Below are positions 8,879 to 19,173 of a stretch of DNA of 64,000 nucleotides, in pieces (positions within the stretch are counted from its first letter, which is position 1; each line of letters starts with the position of its first letter). A model generated the notes under the pieces. It was given only the letters and a program-made list of their open reading frames with translations. It was not told where the DNA came from and searched no databases. The position numbers and the translations under genes were made by a program. The stretch is from Patescibacteria group bacterium (GTDB lineage Bacteria; Patescibacteriota; Microgenomatia; UBA12405): contig WARW01000022.1 in NCBI GenBank assembly GCA_013387215.1, forward strand, positions 92,612-156,611, read 5' to 3'.

Positions 8879-11578
8879 TTAAAGAACCTTTTGCTCCTCT
8901 AACAACTTTTTCAAATATTGACCTGTATAACTTTTTTCGCAAGACATTACATCATCAACCGTACCAGTAACGACTACATTTCCGCCTTTTTCCCCTCCTT
9001 CAGGCCCCATATCGATAATCCAATCAGCATTTTTAATGACATCTAAGTTATGTTCAATAACGACAACAGTATTACCTTTGTCCACAAGCTGTCGTAATAC
9101 CTTAATTAACTTATCTGTATCGTAGAAATGAAGACCAGTTGTTGGCTCGTCTAGAATATATAGCATTTTGCCGTTTTCCCTTTTGACTAGTTCCCTACTA
9201 ATCTTGAGACGTTGTGATTCTCCACCCGACAAAGTATTTGAGGGTTGACCAAGTTCTAAATATCCAAGACCGACTTCTTGAATTGTATGAAGTTTTCTCC
9301 TTAAACTAGGAATATTTTTAAAGAACTCCAAAGCTTCATCAACCGTCATTTTTAAAATTTCGGAAATATTTTTGCCTTTGTAGTCGACTTCGAGAGTTTC
9401 TTCTTTAAATCTAGTGCCATGACATTCGTCACAAGTTACGTAAATATCAGGTAAAAATTGCATTTCAATTTTTATTTGTCCTTGACCTTCACAAACTGGA
9501 CAACGTCCATTTTTGACATTAAATGAAAAGCGGCCAGAATCATAACCACGAAGTTGAGCCTCAAGGGTTTGAGCCATTAAATTACGAACATCATCAAAAA
9601 TCTTAGTGTAAGTGGCAGGATTACTTCTTGGGGTGCGTCCAATTGGAGACTGATCAACCAAAAGAACATCAGAAACGTTTTCACAACCTTCAATTTTGTC
9701 GTATTGACCAATAGTGCCATAATAACTGCCTAATATGGATTTACGACAACCACCATATAAAGTGTCATGAATTAAGGTGGATTTGCCTGAACCAGAAACA
9801 CCAGTAATAGCAATAAATTTATTTAATGGGAAATCAACGGTAATATTTTTTAAATTCCATTGACGACAACCAGAAATTTTAATTTTATTGTGATTAATGA
9901 TGTCGACAATTGCTGGTTCGCTTTTAATCGTCATTTTACCTGATAAATATTTCCCGGTTAATGAGTTTTTGTCTTTTTTAATGTCTTCAAGAGAACCTTC
10001 AGACACTATTTCACCACCGTTTTTGCCTGCGTATGGGCCAAAATCGACTATGTGATCGGCGTTTTTAATTACATCTTCATCATGTTCCACCACAACAACC
10101 GTATTGCCAAGACTTTTTAATTTTTTAAGTGTGCCAATGAGCCGATCATTGTCGCGAGAATGGAGACCGATAGTGGGTTCATCAAGAATATATAAAACAC
10201 CGGTTAATCCAGTTCCAATTTGGCTGGCAAGTCGAATTCTTTGCGACTCACCACTTGATAATGTTCCAGCTTCTCGATCGAGACTTAAATAGTCAAGACC
10301 AACTGCCAATAAAAATTCCAAGCGGGCACTCAATTCTTTTTTAATTGGAATCAAAACTTCCCGCTCAGTATCGGTATTTAGATTTCCATTTAAATTACCT
10401 AACCACTGGGTTAATTTTTCAATAGGCAGTTGACAAATCTGATAAATATTTTGATCAAGAATAGTAATTGATAAGGCATCTTGGTTTAATCGAGAACCGT
10501 GACAGGTTGGACATTCTTCTTTGATCATGAATTTCTCCAACTCCTCTCTGACGGTATCTGATGGAGTGTTCACATATTTACCTTCAAGCATTTTGGCTTT
10601 CCATTCAGGAAATTTAGAACGATCAACTTGGAATTTTGATCCAAGACCTTTACAGTCTGGACAGGCACCTTGCGGCGAGTTAAATGAAAATAATCGCGGT
10701 TCAATTTCTGGCAATGAAAGATTACAGACAGGACAGGCAAAATTTTCAGAATAAAGCGTGTCACTCATATCTTTTGGAAAGTCAGGAAAATTAAATGAGA
10801 CATCTTTTACTTCAGTAACGATCGTCAAACCGTTGGCTAATTTCATAGCCTGTTCAACGTCGTCGACTAGACGATCATAAAGCGATTTTTCTTCTTTCAA
10901 ACTGTCTTTAGTAATTGAGACACGGTCAATAACAGCTGCAATATCGTGTTTATTGGTTTTAGCTATGCCAAAATCGCTGTAAAGATCTAGGATATGATTA
11001 TCGACACGAATCCATTTGTAACCTTGTTTTCTTAAATTTTCAGTTAAACCATGGAAATCACCTCTTTTGTCGCTGACAACTGGAGCTAAAATCATGATTT
11101 TATAGATGTTTAAACCAGAACTTTGAGTACGAGCAATATTCAAAATTTGAGTAACTATTTGTTTGCTAGTTTGAGGCATAACTTCACGACCACAGTTTGG
11201 ACAATGTGGGTGACCAACTCGAGCAAAAAGTAAACGTAAATAATCGTAAATTTCTGTTACTGTGCCGACAGTGGAACGGGGGTTATGAGAAATCGCTTTT
11301 TGATTGATGGCGATTGATGGAGAAAGTCCTTCAATTAAATCTACATCGGGACGCTTCATGCTGCCTAAGAACTGACGTGCATAAGAAGATAAACTTTCAA
11401 CATAACGACGCTGACCTTCGGCAAATAATGTATCGAAAGCCATGGATGATTTACCAGAACCAGAAACGCCGGTAAAAACCACCATTTTATTTTTAGGAAA
11501 CTCAAAAGAAACATCTTTCAAATTATTCTCTCGAGCACCTTTAACTATAATTTTTTGAATAGGAAATTCTTCTGACAT
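8879..11578 (-). CDS. uvrA: excinuclease ABC subunit A
   Basis: Two ABC ATPase modules (GVSGSGKSS…, LSGGESQR twice) and Zn-finger cysteines (CPNC…, CPVCEGQG, CDECHG). Confidence 0.95.
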   Translation of the reverse strand: MSEEFPIQKIIVKGARENNLKDVSFEFPKNKMVVFTGVSGSGKSSMAFDTLFAEGQRRYVESLSSYARQFLGSMKRPDVDLIEGLSPSIAINQKAISHNPRSTVGTVTEIYDYLRLLFARVGHPHCPNCGREVMPQTSKQIVTQILNIARTQSSGLNIYKIMILAPVVSDKRGDFHGLTENLRKQGYKWIRVDNHILDLYSDFGIAKTNKHDIAAVIDRVSITKDSLKEEKSLYDRLVDDVEQAMKLANGLTIVTEVKDVSFNFPDFPKDMSDTLYSENFACPVCNLSLPEIEPRLFSFNSPQGACPDCKGLGSKFQVDRSKFPEWKAKMLEGKYVNTPSDTVREELEKFMIKEECPTCHGSRLNQDALSITILDQNIYQICQLPIEKLTQWLGNLNGNLNTDTEREVLIPIKKELSARLEFLLAVGLDYLSLDREAGTLSSGESQRIRLASQIGTGLTGVLYILDEPTIGLHSRDNDRLIGTLKKLKSLGNTVVVVEHDEDVIKNADHIVDFGPYAGKNGGEIVSEGSLEDIKKDKNSLTGKYLSGKMTIKSEPAIVDIINHNKIKISGCRQWNLKNITVDFPLNKFIAITGVSGSGKSTLIHDTLYGGCRKSILGSYYGTIGQYDKIEGCENVSDVLLVDQSPIGRTPRSNPATYTKIFDDVRNLMAQTLEAQLRGYDSGRFSFNVKNGRCPVCEGQGQIKIEMQFLPDIYVTCDECHGTRFKEETLEVDYKGKNISEILKMTVDEALEFFKNIPSLRRKLHTIQEVGLGYLELGQPSNTLSGGESQRLKISRELVKRENGKMLYILDEPTTGLHFYDTDKLIKVLRQLVDKGNTVVVIEHNLDVIKNADWIIDMGPEGGEKGGNVVVTGTVDDVMSCEKSYTGQYLKKLLEEQKVL

Positions 11579-11583
11579 ATTTT

Positions 11584-13578
11584 TTAACCTTCTTCTATTT
11601 GTTTAATTTTGTCTCGAAGACTAATTGCTTCTTCGAAATTTAAATCTGATGCGAGTTCACGCATTTGTTTTTTGAGGACTTTAATATATTTTTGGCGTTG
11701 AGGCGGGGTTAGTTGCCATGGATCTTGATCAAGCTGGAAACCCTTCTCTTTTTCTTCAATTTCTATGATTTTAGGACGAATTGATTTTACCACTGTTTGA
11801 GGTGTGATGCCGTGAGTTTGATTATGTTCAATTTGAATTTTGCGACGTCTGTTCACTTCTTTTATTGCCCCATCCATGGCATCAGAAACGATATCTGAAT
11901 ATAGAATAACTTCACCATCTATATTTCGAGAAGCTCGACCCATTATTTGAATTAAGGCTGACTTGGAACGCAAGAATCCTTGCTGTCCGGCATCTAGAAT
12001 AGCAACTAAACTAACTTCAGGAAGATCCAAACCTTCACGAAGCAAGTTTATGCCAACCAAAACATCATAATTTCCCGAACGAAGATTATCTAAAATACTT
12101 GATCTTTCCAGAGTAGCAATATCGGCGTGCAAATAGGCAACTTTAAAAGGAATTGGAGTTTTGCTTGGATCTGAAAGATAACTTGATAAATCTTCTGCCA
12201 TTTTTTTAGTTAAAGTGGTGACAAGAACCCTTTCTTGTTTTTCAACTCTTTTGGCAATTTCTTGAATTAAATCAGGGATTTGGTTTTTACTTGATCTGAC
12301 TGTAATTGACGGATCAACTAGACCAGTTGGTCTAATTATTTGTTCAACAACATTACCTTTTGAATCATTAATTTCGTAGACAGAAGGGGTGGCAGAAACA
12401 TAAAGAATTTTTTTAACACGCTCATTAAACTCATTAAACTTAAGTGGACGATTATCCATGGCAGATGGTAGTCTAAAACCAAAATCTACCAAATTCTTTT
12501 TACGAGCTTGATCGCCGTTGTACATACCGCCAATTTGAGGAATGGTGACGTGGGATTCGTCGATAACAGTTAAAAATTTATCTCCCCAAAGATGGGTAAA
12601 ATAATCAATTAATGTGTATGGAGGATCACCTGGTTTTCTGTTTCTTTCAAAATAAGTTGAATAATTTTCAATTCCATTAACATAACCCATTTCCTGGATC
12701 ATCTCTAAGTCATATTCAACTCTTTGCTGAATTCGATGAGCTTCGAGAATTTTATTTTGAGAATTAAAAAGTTCAACTTGTTTTTGACAATCAGATCGAA
12801 TCTTTTTAAAAATTTCAGTTAAATCACTATTGGAAGCTCCGACATATTGTTTAGCTGGATAAAGCCTAAATTTTTCCAAATTAAATTCATGTCCTGTAAA
12901 TGGATGCCTTTGAATAATTTTCGATAAAGTTTCTCCGTTGAATTCAAGAGAAATTGTCCAATCTTGATAAGACGGCCAAATTTCAATATTTTCACCACGA
13001 ACCCTAAAAGTCGAACGCTTAAACTCAAGTTCTGATCGTGTATAAAATAATGATACTAAAGTTTCAAATAATTTTCTTCGATTCCAATTTTGTTTAAGAG
13101 CAAAATCAATAACCCGGCCGCTAAATTCAATTGGGTCACCAATGTTATAGATGCAACTGACTGAAGCAACAACAATATTATCATCACCAGAAAATAAATT
13201 AGAGGTTGCTTCAAGACGAAGCTTGTCGATTAAGTCGTTAATTTCAACTTCTTTAGCAATATAAGTGTCACTTGATGGGATATATGCTTCAGGTTGGTAA
13301 TAATCATAATAAGAAACAAAATATGAGACTTTATTGTTGGGGAATAATTCTTTGAATTCTTGATAAAGCTGGCCCGCTAATGTTTTATTATGGGAAATTA
13401 CCAGAGTTGGCATTTGAACGTTTTGAATAACATTAGCTACCGAAAATGTTTTACCCGATCCTGTTACACCCAGCAATGTTTGTTTGTCGATACCTTCCCT
13501 CAAATTGCTTGATAATTTATCAATCGCTTGAGGTTGATCACCGGACGGCTTGTATGGTAATTGAATTTCAAATGACAC
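11584..13578 (-). CDS. uvrB: excinuclease ABC subunit B
   Basis: Helicase motifs (GVTGSGKT, DESH), UvrB beta-hairpin region and C-terminal UVR domain (…LNFEEAISLRDKIKQIE). Confidence 0.95.
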   Translation of the reverse strand: MSFEIQLPYKPSGDQPQAIDKLSSNLREGIDKQTLLGVTGSGKTFSVANVIQNVQMPTLVISHNKTLAGQLYQEFKELFPNNKVSYFVSYYDYYQPEAYIPSSDTYIAKEVEINDLIDKLRLEATSNLFSGDDNIVVASVSCIYNIGDPIEFSGRVIDFALKQNWNRRKLFETLVSLFYTRSELEFKRSTFRVRGENIEIWPSYQDWTISLEFNGETLSKIIQRHPFTGHEFNLEKFRLYPAKQYVGASNSDLTEIFKKIRSDCQKQVELFNSQNKILEAHRIQQRVEYDLEMIQEMGYVNGIENYSTYFERNRKPGDPPYTLIDYFTHLWGDKFLTVIDESHVTIPQIGGMYNGDQARKKNLVDFGFRLPSAMDNRPLKFNEFNERVKKILYVSATPSVYEINDSKGNVVEQIIRPTGLVDPSITVRSSKNQIPDLIQEIAKRVEKQERVLVTTLTKKMAEDLSSYLSDPSKTPIPFKVAYLHADIATLERSSILDNLRSGNYDVLVGINLLREGLDLPEVSLVAILDAGQQGFLRSKSALIQIMGRASRNIDGEVILYSDIVSDAMDGAIKEVNRRRKIQIEHNQTHGITPQTVVKSIRPKIIEIEEKEKGFQLDQDPWQLTPPQRQKYIKVLKKQMRELASDLNFEEAISLRDKIKQIEEG

Positions 13579-13622
13579 ATATATATTTTATCAAAGTTTC
13601 GTCTTTTATTTGGGTGATAATA

Positions 13623-14147
13623 TTAATAGTTTTCGATAATGTTATTTTCCAAGGAATCTGTTTCCAAAGCACCAAACTCATTGAATATATCAATAATTTC
13701 CTGGTCGCTTTTTTCATTAGAAAATACAAATATTATGGCCCGACCATCGTTTATTAAATCTGAATATTTTATTGAACTATTTTCCTTAAAACCAATATCT
13801 TTAAACGCTTCCAAAAGACCTCCTAAGGCTTCTCCTCGAAAATATTTTGATGATGATAACGAGTCTGCTACAGGACCGCTTAATAAAACATGGCCAACTC
13901 CAGAAACTTCTGCTTCAGATAAATAATCTAAATGAGTAGCCACTGCTCCACTCAAACCTCCAATTGAATCACTAATATCCGATTCAATTTCTTCATCGCC
14001 CGTATATCTTTCCAAAGTTTCCGGATCATCATTATCCAATCCAATTAAAGATAGCTGATTGTTATCGAAACCGACTTCTTTTAATCTAATAATTGAATCT
14101 CCAGTTCTTTCATAATCGTCAAAAACTCCCACTACCATATGGGTCAT
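13623..14147 (-). CDS. acidic YflT-like general-stress-protein-17M-family protein
   Basis: N-terminus MTHMVVGVFDDYERTGDSIIRLKEVGF resembles the YflT/DUF1269 start. Very acidic. Confidence 0.45.
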   Translation of the reverse strand: MTHMVVGVFDDYERTGDSIIRLKEVGFDNNQLSLIGLDNDDPETLERYTGDEEIESDISDSIGGLSGAVATHLDYLSEAEVSGVGHVLLSGPVADSLSSSKYFRGEALGGLLEAFKDIGFKENSSIKYSDLINDGRAIIFVFSNEKSDQEIIDIFNEFGALETDSLENNIIENY

Positions 14148-14223
14148 AATTTATTTTCTAATATTTATATATGAAAAATATAAATATTTTGTAAATACAT
14201 TTATATATTTGTTATATTTGTTA

Positions 14224-14961
14224 ATGATCGATAACCGAGAAAAAATATATGTGGAAAAGATAAATCCTAGAGATAAAGCAACAATCGAAAATATAACAAA
14301 ACCAAGGAATTGGGATTATCAATTATTTAAGGAAGTTAATACTGCCCTTAGTATTGTTCCAGAAGGTAATTTCGTTCCAGCGTCAAATCGACCAGAAACA
14401 ATACATTTACAGGGTTTTAGCGAAGATATTAGTAAACTTCAGCAACTGTCGAAAAATGATGGGAATGAATATGCCTGCCCCATATTTTCTGATATTGATA
14501 AAAAAACTTTTGTGAGAGGGAAAATAACAGTTGGAAATAAAACTGAAGTTATTATCGATTCAACTCCTCAACCAGGTAGAGAAAAATATCAAAAATGCGT
14601 TGCCACAATTCATGTTCATCCATTAGATAGTAATTCATATATTGCTGCGCATGGATTTAGCGGTACTGACTTCAAAACGTTTTTATCATCCAGAACTCAA
14701 AAGTTTATGATAATGACGTGGGGTGAAAATAAACTTTTAGCTTTAAAAACATCGGTTACACCAAATCATTTATCTAGATTAGCGATAGATACGAGAATAA
14801 AAGACATTTCAGAAGATTTTTTATCAAAATCAACTCCTTCGACAGTTTTTAAGAAAGTAGTCGATTTTAATAAAGAAGTTTGTACTGAATTCGGTTTAAC
14901 TTTATATAATGCAGATAAACAAAATAGAGATTTATTTTCCAGAGTAAATGTAGCGACTTAA
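14224..14961 (+). CDS. hypothetical protein (track start at 14209 is a TTG; first ATG at 14224)
   Basis: ORF only. Contains an HVHPLDS segment that does not fit the JAMM pattern. Confidence 0.45.
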   Translation: MIDNREKIYVEKINPRDKATIENITKPRNWDYQLFKEVNTALSIVPEGNFVPASNRPETIHLQGFSEDISKLQQLSKNDGNEYACPIFSDIDKKTFVRGKITVGNKTEVIIDSTPQPGREKYQKCVATIHVHPLDSNSYIAAHGFSGTDFKTFLSSRTQKFMIMTWGENKLLALKTSVTPNHLSRLAIDTRIKDISEDFLSKSTPSTVFKKVVDFNKEVCTEFGLTLYNADKQNRDLFSRVNVAT

Positions 14962-15016
14962 AATTTTTATTGTTATATATCTTACATATGTAATTTATTT
15001 ATGATAAATTTTTTAT

Positions 15017-16558
15017 GTGTTAACAAAAGTTTATTCAGTAACAAATTTTGGATTAAATGCGACAGATGTCGAGGTGGAAGTAAATGTTGCTGACAAAGGA
15101 TTTCCTGGATTTGGAATTGTTGGACTAGCCAGTAAAGCTGTTGAAGAGACAAAAGAAAGAGTCAAGACAGCGATTATAAATTCTGATATTGAGTTTCCCA
15201 ACTCCAAAATAACAGTAAACCTAGCTCCAGCAGATTTACCAAAAGATGGAGCTTGCTATGACTTACCCATAGCCATCGGAATAATAACGGCAACAAGCGA
15301 TGTTAAACTGCCTCAAGAAAAATCGTTCTTTTTTGGTGAATTATCATTGGATGGAAGTTTAAGACACACAAAAGGAGTTTTTCTTTTAGCAGTTTTAGCA
15401 AAAGAAACTGGAGTGAAAAATGTTTTCGTGCCAAGATTATGCGCGAATGAAGCTTCAGTGATTGAAGATATAAATGTTTATCCGGTAGATAGCCTTAAGT
15501 CGTTGATACGTCATTTAAAAAAAGAAAAAGAGATTGAACCGTTAAACACAGTGAATACAGATGATGTACTTTCGGATATTAAAGCTGATTTTGATTTTTC
15601 TGAAATATTAGGCCAAGAACAGGCAAAAAGAGCTTTAGAAATTGCAGCGGCTGGAGGACACAATGTGTTTATGATGGGACCACCAGGATCAGGAAAAACA
15701 ATGTTATCAAGAGCGATGACAGGAATTCTTCCAAATTTAACCGAAAGAGAAAGTCTTGAGGTTACAAAGATATTTTCAATTACAGGCAATATTCCCGCCG
15801 GCGGATCAATCATTAGGAATAGACCTTTTAGATCTCCACATCACACAACTTCACAAGTTGGTCTTATTGGCGGTGGGTCCAATCCCCGACCAGGAGAAGT
15901 TTCTTTGGCTCATAGAGGGGCGCTTTTTTTGGACGAGTTCCCTGAATTTTCCAGAAATACTTTAGAAGCCTTAAAACAACCTTTGGAAGACGGTTATGTG
16001 AGCATTTCCAGAGCTGCCGGTTCGGTTACTTTTCCAGCTCAGTTTATTTTGATTGCTGCTGCAAATCCTTGCCCGTGTGGTTTTTTAGGCGATTTGAAAA
16101 AAGAATGCAAATGTAATGCTCACCAAATAATTAATTATAAAAAGAAATTATCAGGCCCTATCATGGATCGTATTGATATACATCTAAATGTACCAGCTGT
16201 TGGAGTTGATAAATTGATGATTAATAAATCGACTGATCTTTTGGCTGAAAAAAGTAGTGAAATAAAAATTAGGGTAGCTAGAGCTAGAAGCATTCAAACA
16301 AAAAGATTTAAAGATATTTCTAATGTACATTGCAACGCTGATATGAAAAACAAACATTTAAAAGAATTTTCCAAATTAAGCGATTCTGCCAATTTACTTT
16401 TAAAGCAAGCAGTCAATAAGTTTGGATTATCTGCCAGAACTTATTTTAGATTAATAAAAGTATCTAGAACCATTGCTGATTTAGCTGAAAGTGAAGAGAT
16501 TACGGAGACACACGTAGCTGAAGCTCTTCAATACAGAATTAGAAATAATGATTATTAA
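15017..16558 (+). CDS. comM: YifB/ComM-family Mg-chelatase-like AAA+ ATPase
   Basis: Lon-like N-domain, Walker A (MMGPPGSGKTM), sensor (GALFLDEFPEF), ChlI-type C-terminus. GTG start. Confidence 0.9.
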   Translation: MLTKVYSVTNFGLNATDVEVEVNVADKGFPGFGIVGLASKAVEETKERVKTAIINSDIEFPNSKITVNLAPADLPKDGACYDLPIAIGIITATSDVKLPQEKSFFFGELSLDGSLRHTKGVFLLAVLAKETGVKNVFVPRLCANEASVIEDINVYPVDSLKSLIRHLKKEKEIEPLNTVNTDDVLSDIKADFDFSEILGQEQAKRALEIAAAGGHNVFMMGPPGSGKTMLSRAMTGILPNLTERESLEVTKIFSITGNIPAGGSIIRNRPFRSPHHTTSQVGLIGGGSNPRPGEVSLAHRGALFLDEFPEFSRNTLEALKQPLEDGYVSISRAAGSVTFPAQFILIAAANPCPCGFLGDLKKECKCNAHQIINYKKKLSGPIMDRIDIHLNVPAVGVDKLMINKSTDLLAEKSSEIKIRVARARSIQTKRFKDISNVHCNADMKNKHLKEFSKLSDSANLLLKQAVNKFGLSARTYFRLIKVSRTIADLAESEEITETHVAEALQYRIRNNDY

Positions 16559-16563
16559 TACTT

Positions 16564-16950
16564 ATGAAATATTTAAATAAAGAAAAAAACTATAAAAAAG
16601 GTAAAAACGGTGAGGCTATTGCCAAAGATTATTTATTGAATGATGGGTATAATCTGCTGGAAATGAATTATAGAAATAAAATAGGTGAAATTGATTTAAT
16701 AATGACACAAAAGGATATTTTAGTTTTTACAGAAGTTAAATTAAAAATTGGAGATAGATATGGATTTCCGGAAGAAATGATAAATAGGCGTAAGCTTTGC
16801 CAGATTAGAAAAGTTGCGGAAAGTTTTTTATATTTTAAACCTGATATTTCTCTTAAGTTTAGGAAATATAGAATAGATGCCATATGTATTGTATTAAATG
16901 AATTAAACAGGGTTGAAAGGATTAGTCATTATCAAAATTTGACAGTTTAA
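16564..16950 (+). CDS. yraN: YraN-family (UPF0102) endonuclease
   Basis: GEAIAKDYLLNDGYNLLEMNYRNKIGEIDLI…FTEVK matches the UPF0102 core. Confidence 0.8.
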   Translation: MKYLNKEKNYKKGKNGEAIAKDYLLNDGYNLLEMNYRNKIGEIDLIMTQKDILVFTEVKLKIGDRYGFPEEMINRRKLCQIRKVAESFLYFKPDISLKFRKYRIDAICIVLNELNRVERISHYQNLTV

Positions 16951-17828
16951 TGATAAAAAGTTGGAGAACATGGCCTATTCAAAAACTTGAAAGTTCGGAC
17001 TTCCCCGAACAATTAAAAATAATAAAAAACTGCCCTAAATCTTTGTACTATCGAGGAAATTATAATAAAAATATATTTGATAATTCCATAAGTATAGTTG
17101 GCAGTCGAAATATTACCCGTTATGGGAAAGAAATTGTTTCCAAGATGGTGCCAGATTTATTGTTAAATAAACTTTGTATAATTTCTGGATTCATGTACGG
17201 AGTTGATTGCGAAGTTCATAATAAATGCGTGGAAAATAATGGTATTACTGTAGCAGTCTTGGGCGGTGGTTTGGATTATTTGTCGCCGATAGAAAATGAT
17301 AGTTTATATACAGAAATTTTAAATAATAACGGACTAGTCGTGTCGGAATATGAACCTGATTTTAAACCTACTTTATGGAGTTTTCCCCAAAGAAACAGGA
17401 TAGTATCAGGACTTTCCACAGTTGGCGTTTTAGTTGTTGAGGCTGGAATAAAATCGGGAAGTCTGATTACTGCTCGTGTAGGCGATGAACAAAAGAAAAA
17501 AATATTTGCCGTTCCAGGACCAATTAATTCTAAAACTTCCGAAGGGACGAACTATTTAATTAAAAACAATCTCGCAAAGCTGGTTACTTGCGTTGAAGAT
17601 ATCTTAGAAAGACCAGTATTAAATTACAAACAAGAAAATATTTTTATAAATAATTTATCTGGATTGGAGCTAGAAATATTTAATCTGCTACATCAGGATA
17701 GTTTGACGATTGATGAATTATCTTTGACTTTAAATTTGTCTGTTAATGAAATTTCATCAACAATATCTTTAATGTCATTAAAAGGTATCACTGAAGAAGA
17801 ACTTGGAAAAATCTATTTAATTAACTAA
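16950..17828 (+). CDS. dprA: DNA processing protein DprA/Smf
   Basis: Rossmann-like DprA core (SIVGSRNITRYG…ISGFMYGVDCEVH…VAVLGGGLD). TAATG overlap with yraN. Confidence 0.85.
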   Translation: MIKSWRTWPIQKLESSDFPEQLKIIKNCPKSLYYRGNYNKNIFDNSISIVGSRNITRYGKEIVSKMVPDLLLNKLCIISGFMYGVDCEVHNKCVENNGITVAVLGGGLDYLSPIENDSLYTEILNNNGLVVSEYEPDFKPTLWSFPQRNRIVSGLSTVGVLVVEAGIKSGSLITARVGDEQKKKIFAVPGPINSKTSEGTNYLIKNNLAKLVTCVEDILERPVLNYKQENIFINNLSGLELEIFNLLHQDSLTIDELSLTLNLSVNEISSTISLMSLKGITEEELGKIYLIN

Positions 17829-18964
17829 AGATAAGAGGCCCAGCTGGCGATTGGAGCAACGTTGCCGATAATAAAATTAATGGCGTACAAAATAATAGCT
17901 GGTAATAAAATTACAAAAATAATTTTAAAAGATTTGTCAGTTAGTGGTTTTTTGAAGGCGATTAACATTAACGGATATATAGGAGCAATATAGCGGCTAA
18001 TATCGCGATGAGCTACTAATAATGTAGCCATGACAAATACTAATGGGTAAATAGCAACAATATCGAATTTATATTTTTTTAGAAGTCTATAAACTCCATA
18101 AATGCTTAAGAAAAAGATATAAACAACATCTTCAAGCCAAATGGTGTTTACCCAAGGTTTATTATTACTTATAAAAACTAAGTATGGCAATTTGTTTAAA
18201 TGAAAATTGTCACCACTATGAAAATAAGCCCAGAAATCCCCTGTTTGAAAATAATAAAAAATAAATATTCCCAGTACAGTAAGAGGAACTAAAATGTATG
18301 CAAAATATTTTTTAAAAATATCTGCAAGATTTTTGGTTTTGATAAGCTCATAAATAGCAATAATTCCATATGAGATAAACAGTAAAATTCCAGGACTTTT
18401 AAAAAGCTGAGCTATGGCAGCAAAAATTGCCGACATAACGAATTTTTTATCTCTAAAAAAATAAATTGAAGTTAAAGTAGCAGCTAAAAACCAAGTTTCA
18501 GGTGCGCCAATTTGGCGAAGAATAAATAATCTAGCTGGAAAAAACATTAGAACTATTGTTAACCAAAATGCCTTTTTTTCGGACATCAAAGTTTTAAATA
18601 ATTCAAAAACAATTATGGTTAAAAATATTGATCCTAATAATGTGGCTATTAACATTGCCTTGGGACCGGTAGTTAGATTATTAAAAAGACCAATTAAAAA
18701 TGGATAACCAGGAAGATGTGCTGGGTAGTACTCAAGTGGTTGTGGCAAAGAAAAATTAGGACCAATACAATTTTTGTCGTAACCGCATTTGGAAATTACC
18801 ATGTAGTTTGGACCATCGTAATTGGCAAAAATGGTTTCAAGAGATGTGTTTGGAAAACCTATTTTACCTGGGATATTAAAATAAAATATAAACCAAAAAA
18901 GTAATGTCGAAGCAATAGTGATAATAACTAAGGTTAATATTTTCGAATATTTAGAAAAGCGCAT
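17825..18964 (-). CDS. polytopic membrane protein, possibly a GT-C-type (DUF2029/PMT-like) glycosyltransferase
   Basis: About 10 predicted TM helices and aromatic-rich loops. No soluble domain. Confidence 0.5.
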   Translation of the reverse strand: MRFSKYSKILTLVIITIASTLLFWFIFYFNIPGKIGFPNTSLETIFANYDGPNYMVISKCGYDKNCIGPNFSLPQPLEYYPAHLPGYPFLIGLFNNLTTGPKAMLIATLLGSIFLTIIVFELFKTLMSEKKAFWLTIVLMFFPARLFILRQIGAPETWFLAATLTSIYFFRDKKFVMSAIFAAIAQLFKSPGILLFISYGIIAIYELIKTKNLADIFKKYFAYILVPLTVLGIFIFYYFQTGDFWAYFHSGDNFHLNKLPYLVFISNNKPWVNTIWLEDVVYIFFLSIYGVYRLLKKYKFDIVAIYPLVFVMATLLVAHRDISRYIAPIYPLMLIAFKKPLTDKSFKIIFVILLPAIILYAINFIIGNVAPIASWASYL

Positions 18965-19068
18965 CTTCTCTATTTTACAACAGATATGCCTTAAACTATC
19001 AATTGCTTTATGTTTTGGGATAAAAGTATCAATTTAAGGGTGGTTTTGGTATAATTTTTAAGTTTTTA

Positions 19069-19140
19069 GGCCCCATCGTCTAGTGGTTCGGACATCAGGT
19101 TCTCATCCTGGTAACCGGAGTTCGATTCTCCGTGGGGTCA
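19069..19140 (+). tRNA. tRNA-Glu (anticodon CUC)
   Basis: Manual cloverleaf: acceptor GGCCCCA/TGGGGTC, D-stem GTCT/GGAC, anticodon loop TTCTCAT, T-arm CGGAG-TTCGATT-CTCCG. TATAAT lies just upstream. No CCA encoded. Confidence 0.85.
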
Positions 19141-19173
19141 CTAAATATCTTTTTCTTTAAACTAAACACATAT

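Noticed and set aside
10104-10764. Short ORFs inside uvrA (10104-10292, 10521-10754, 10570-10764)
   Set aside because: They overlap a highly conserved ABC-ATPase coding region. There is no independent support.
13446-13926. ORFs 13446-13757 (+) and 13639-13926 (+)
   Set aside because: They overlap the uvrB 5-prime end and the YflT-like gene on the opposite strand. Composition-driven.
14224-14961. JAMM/MPN metalloprotease call for the 246-aa protein based on HVHPLDS
   Set aside because: The spacing does not fit HxHx7Sx2D (an Ile occupies the Ser position). Left as hypothetical.
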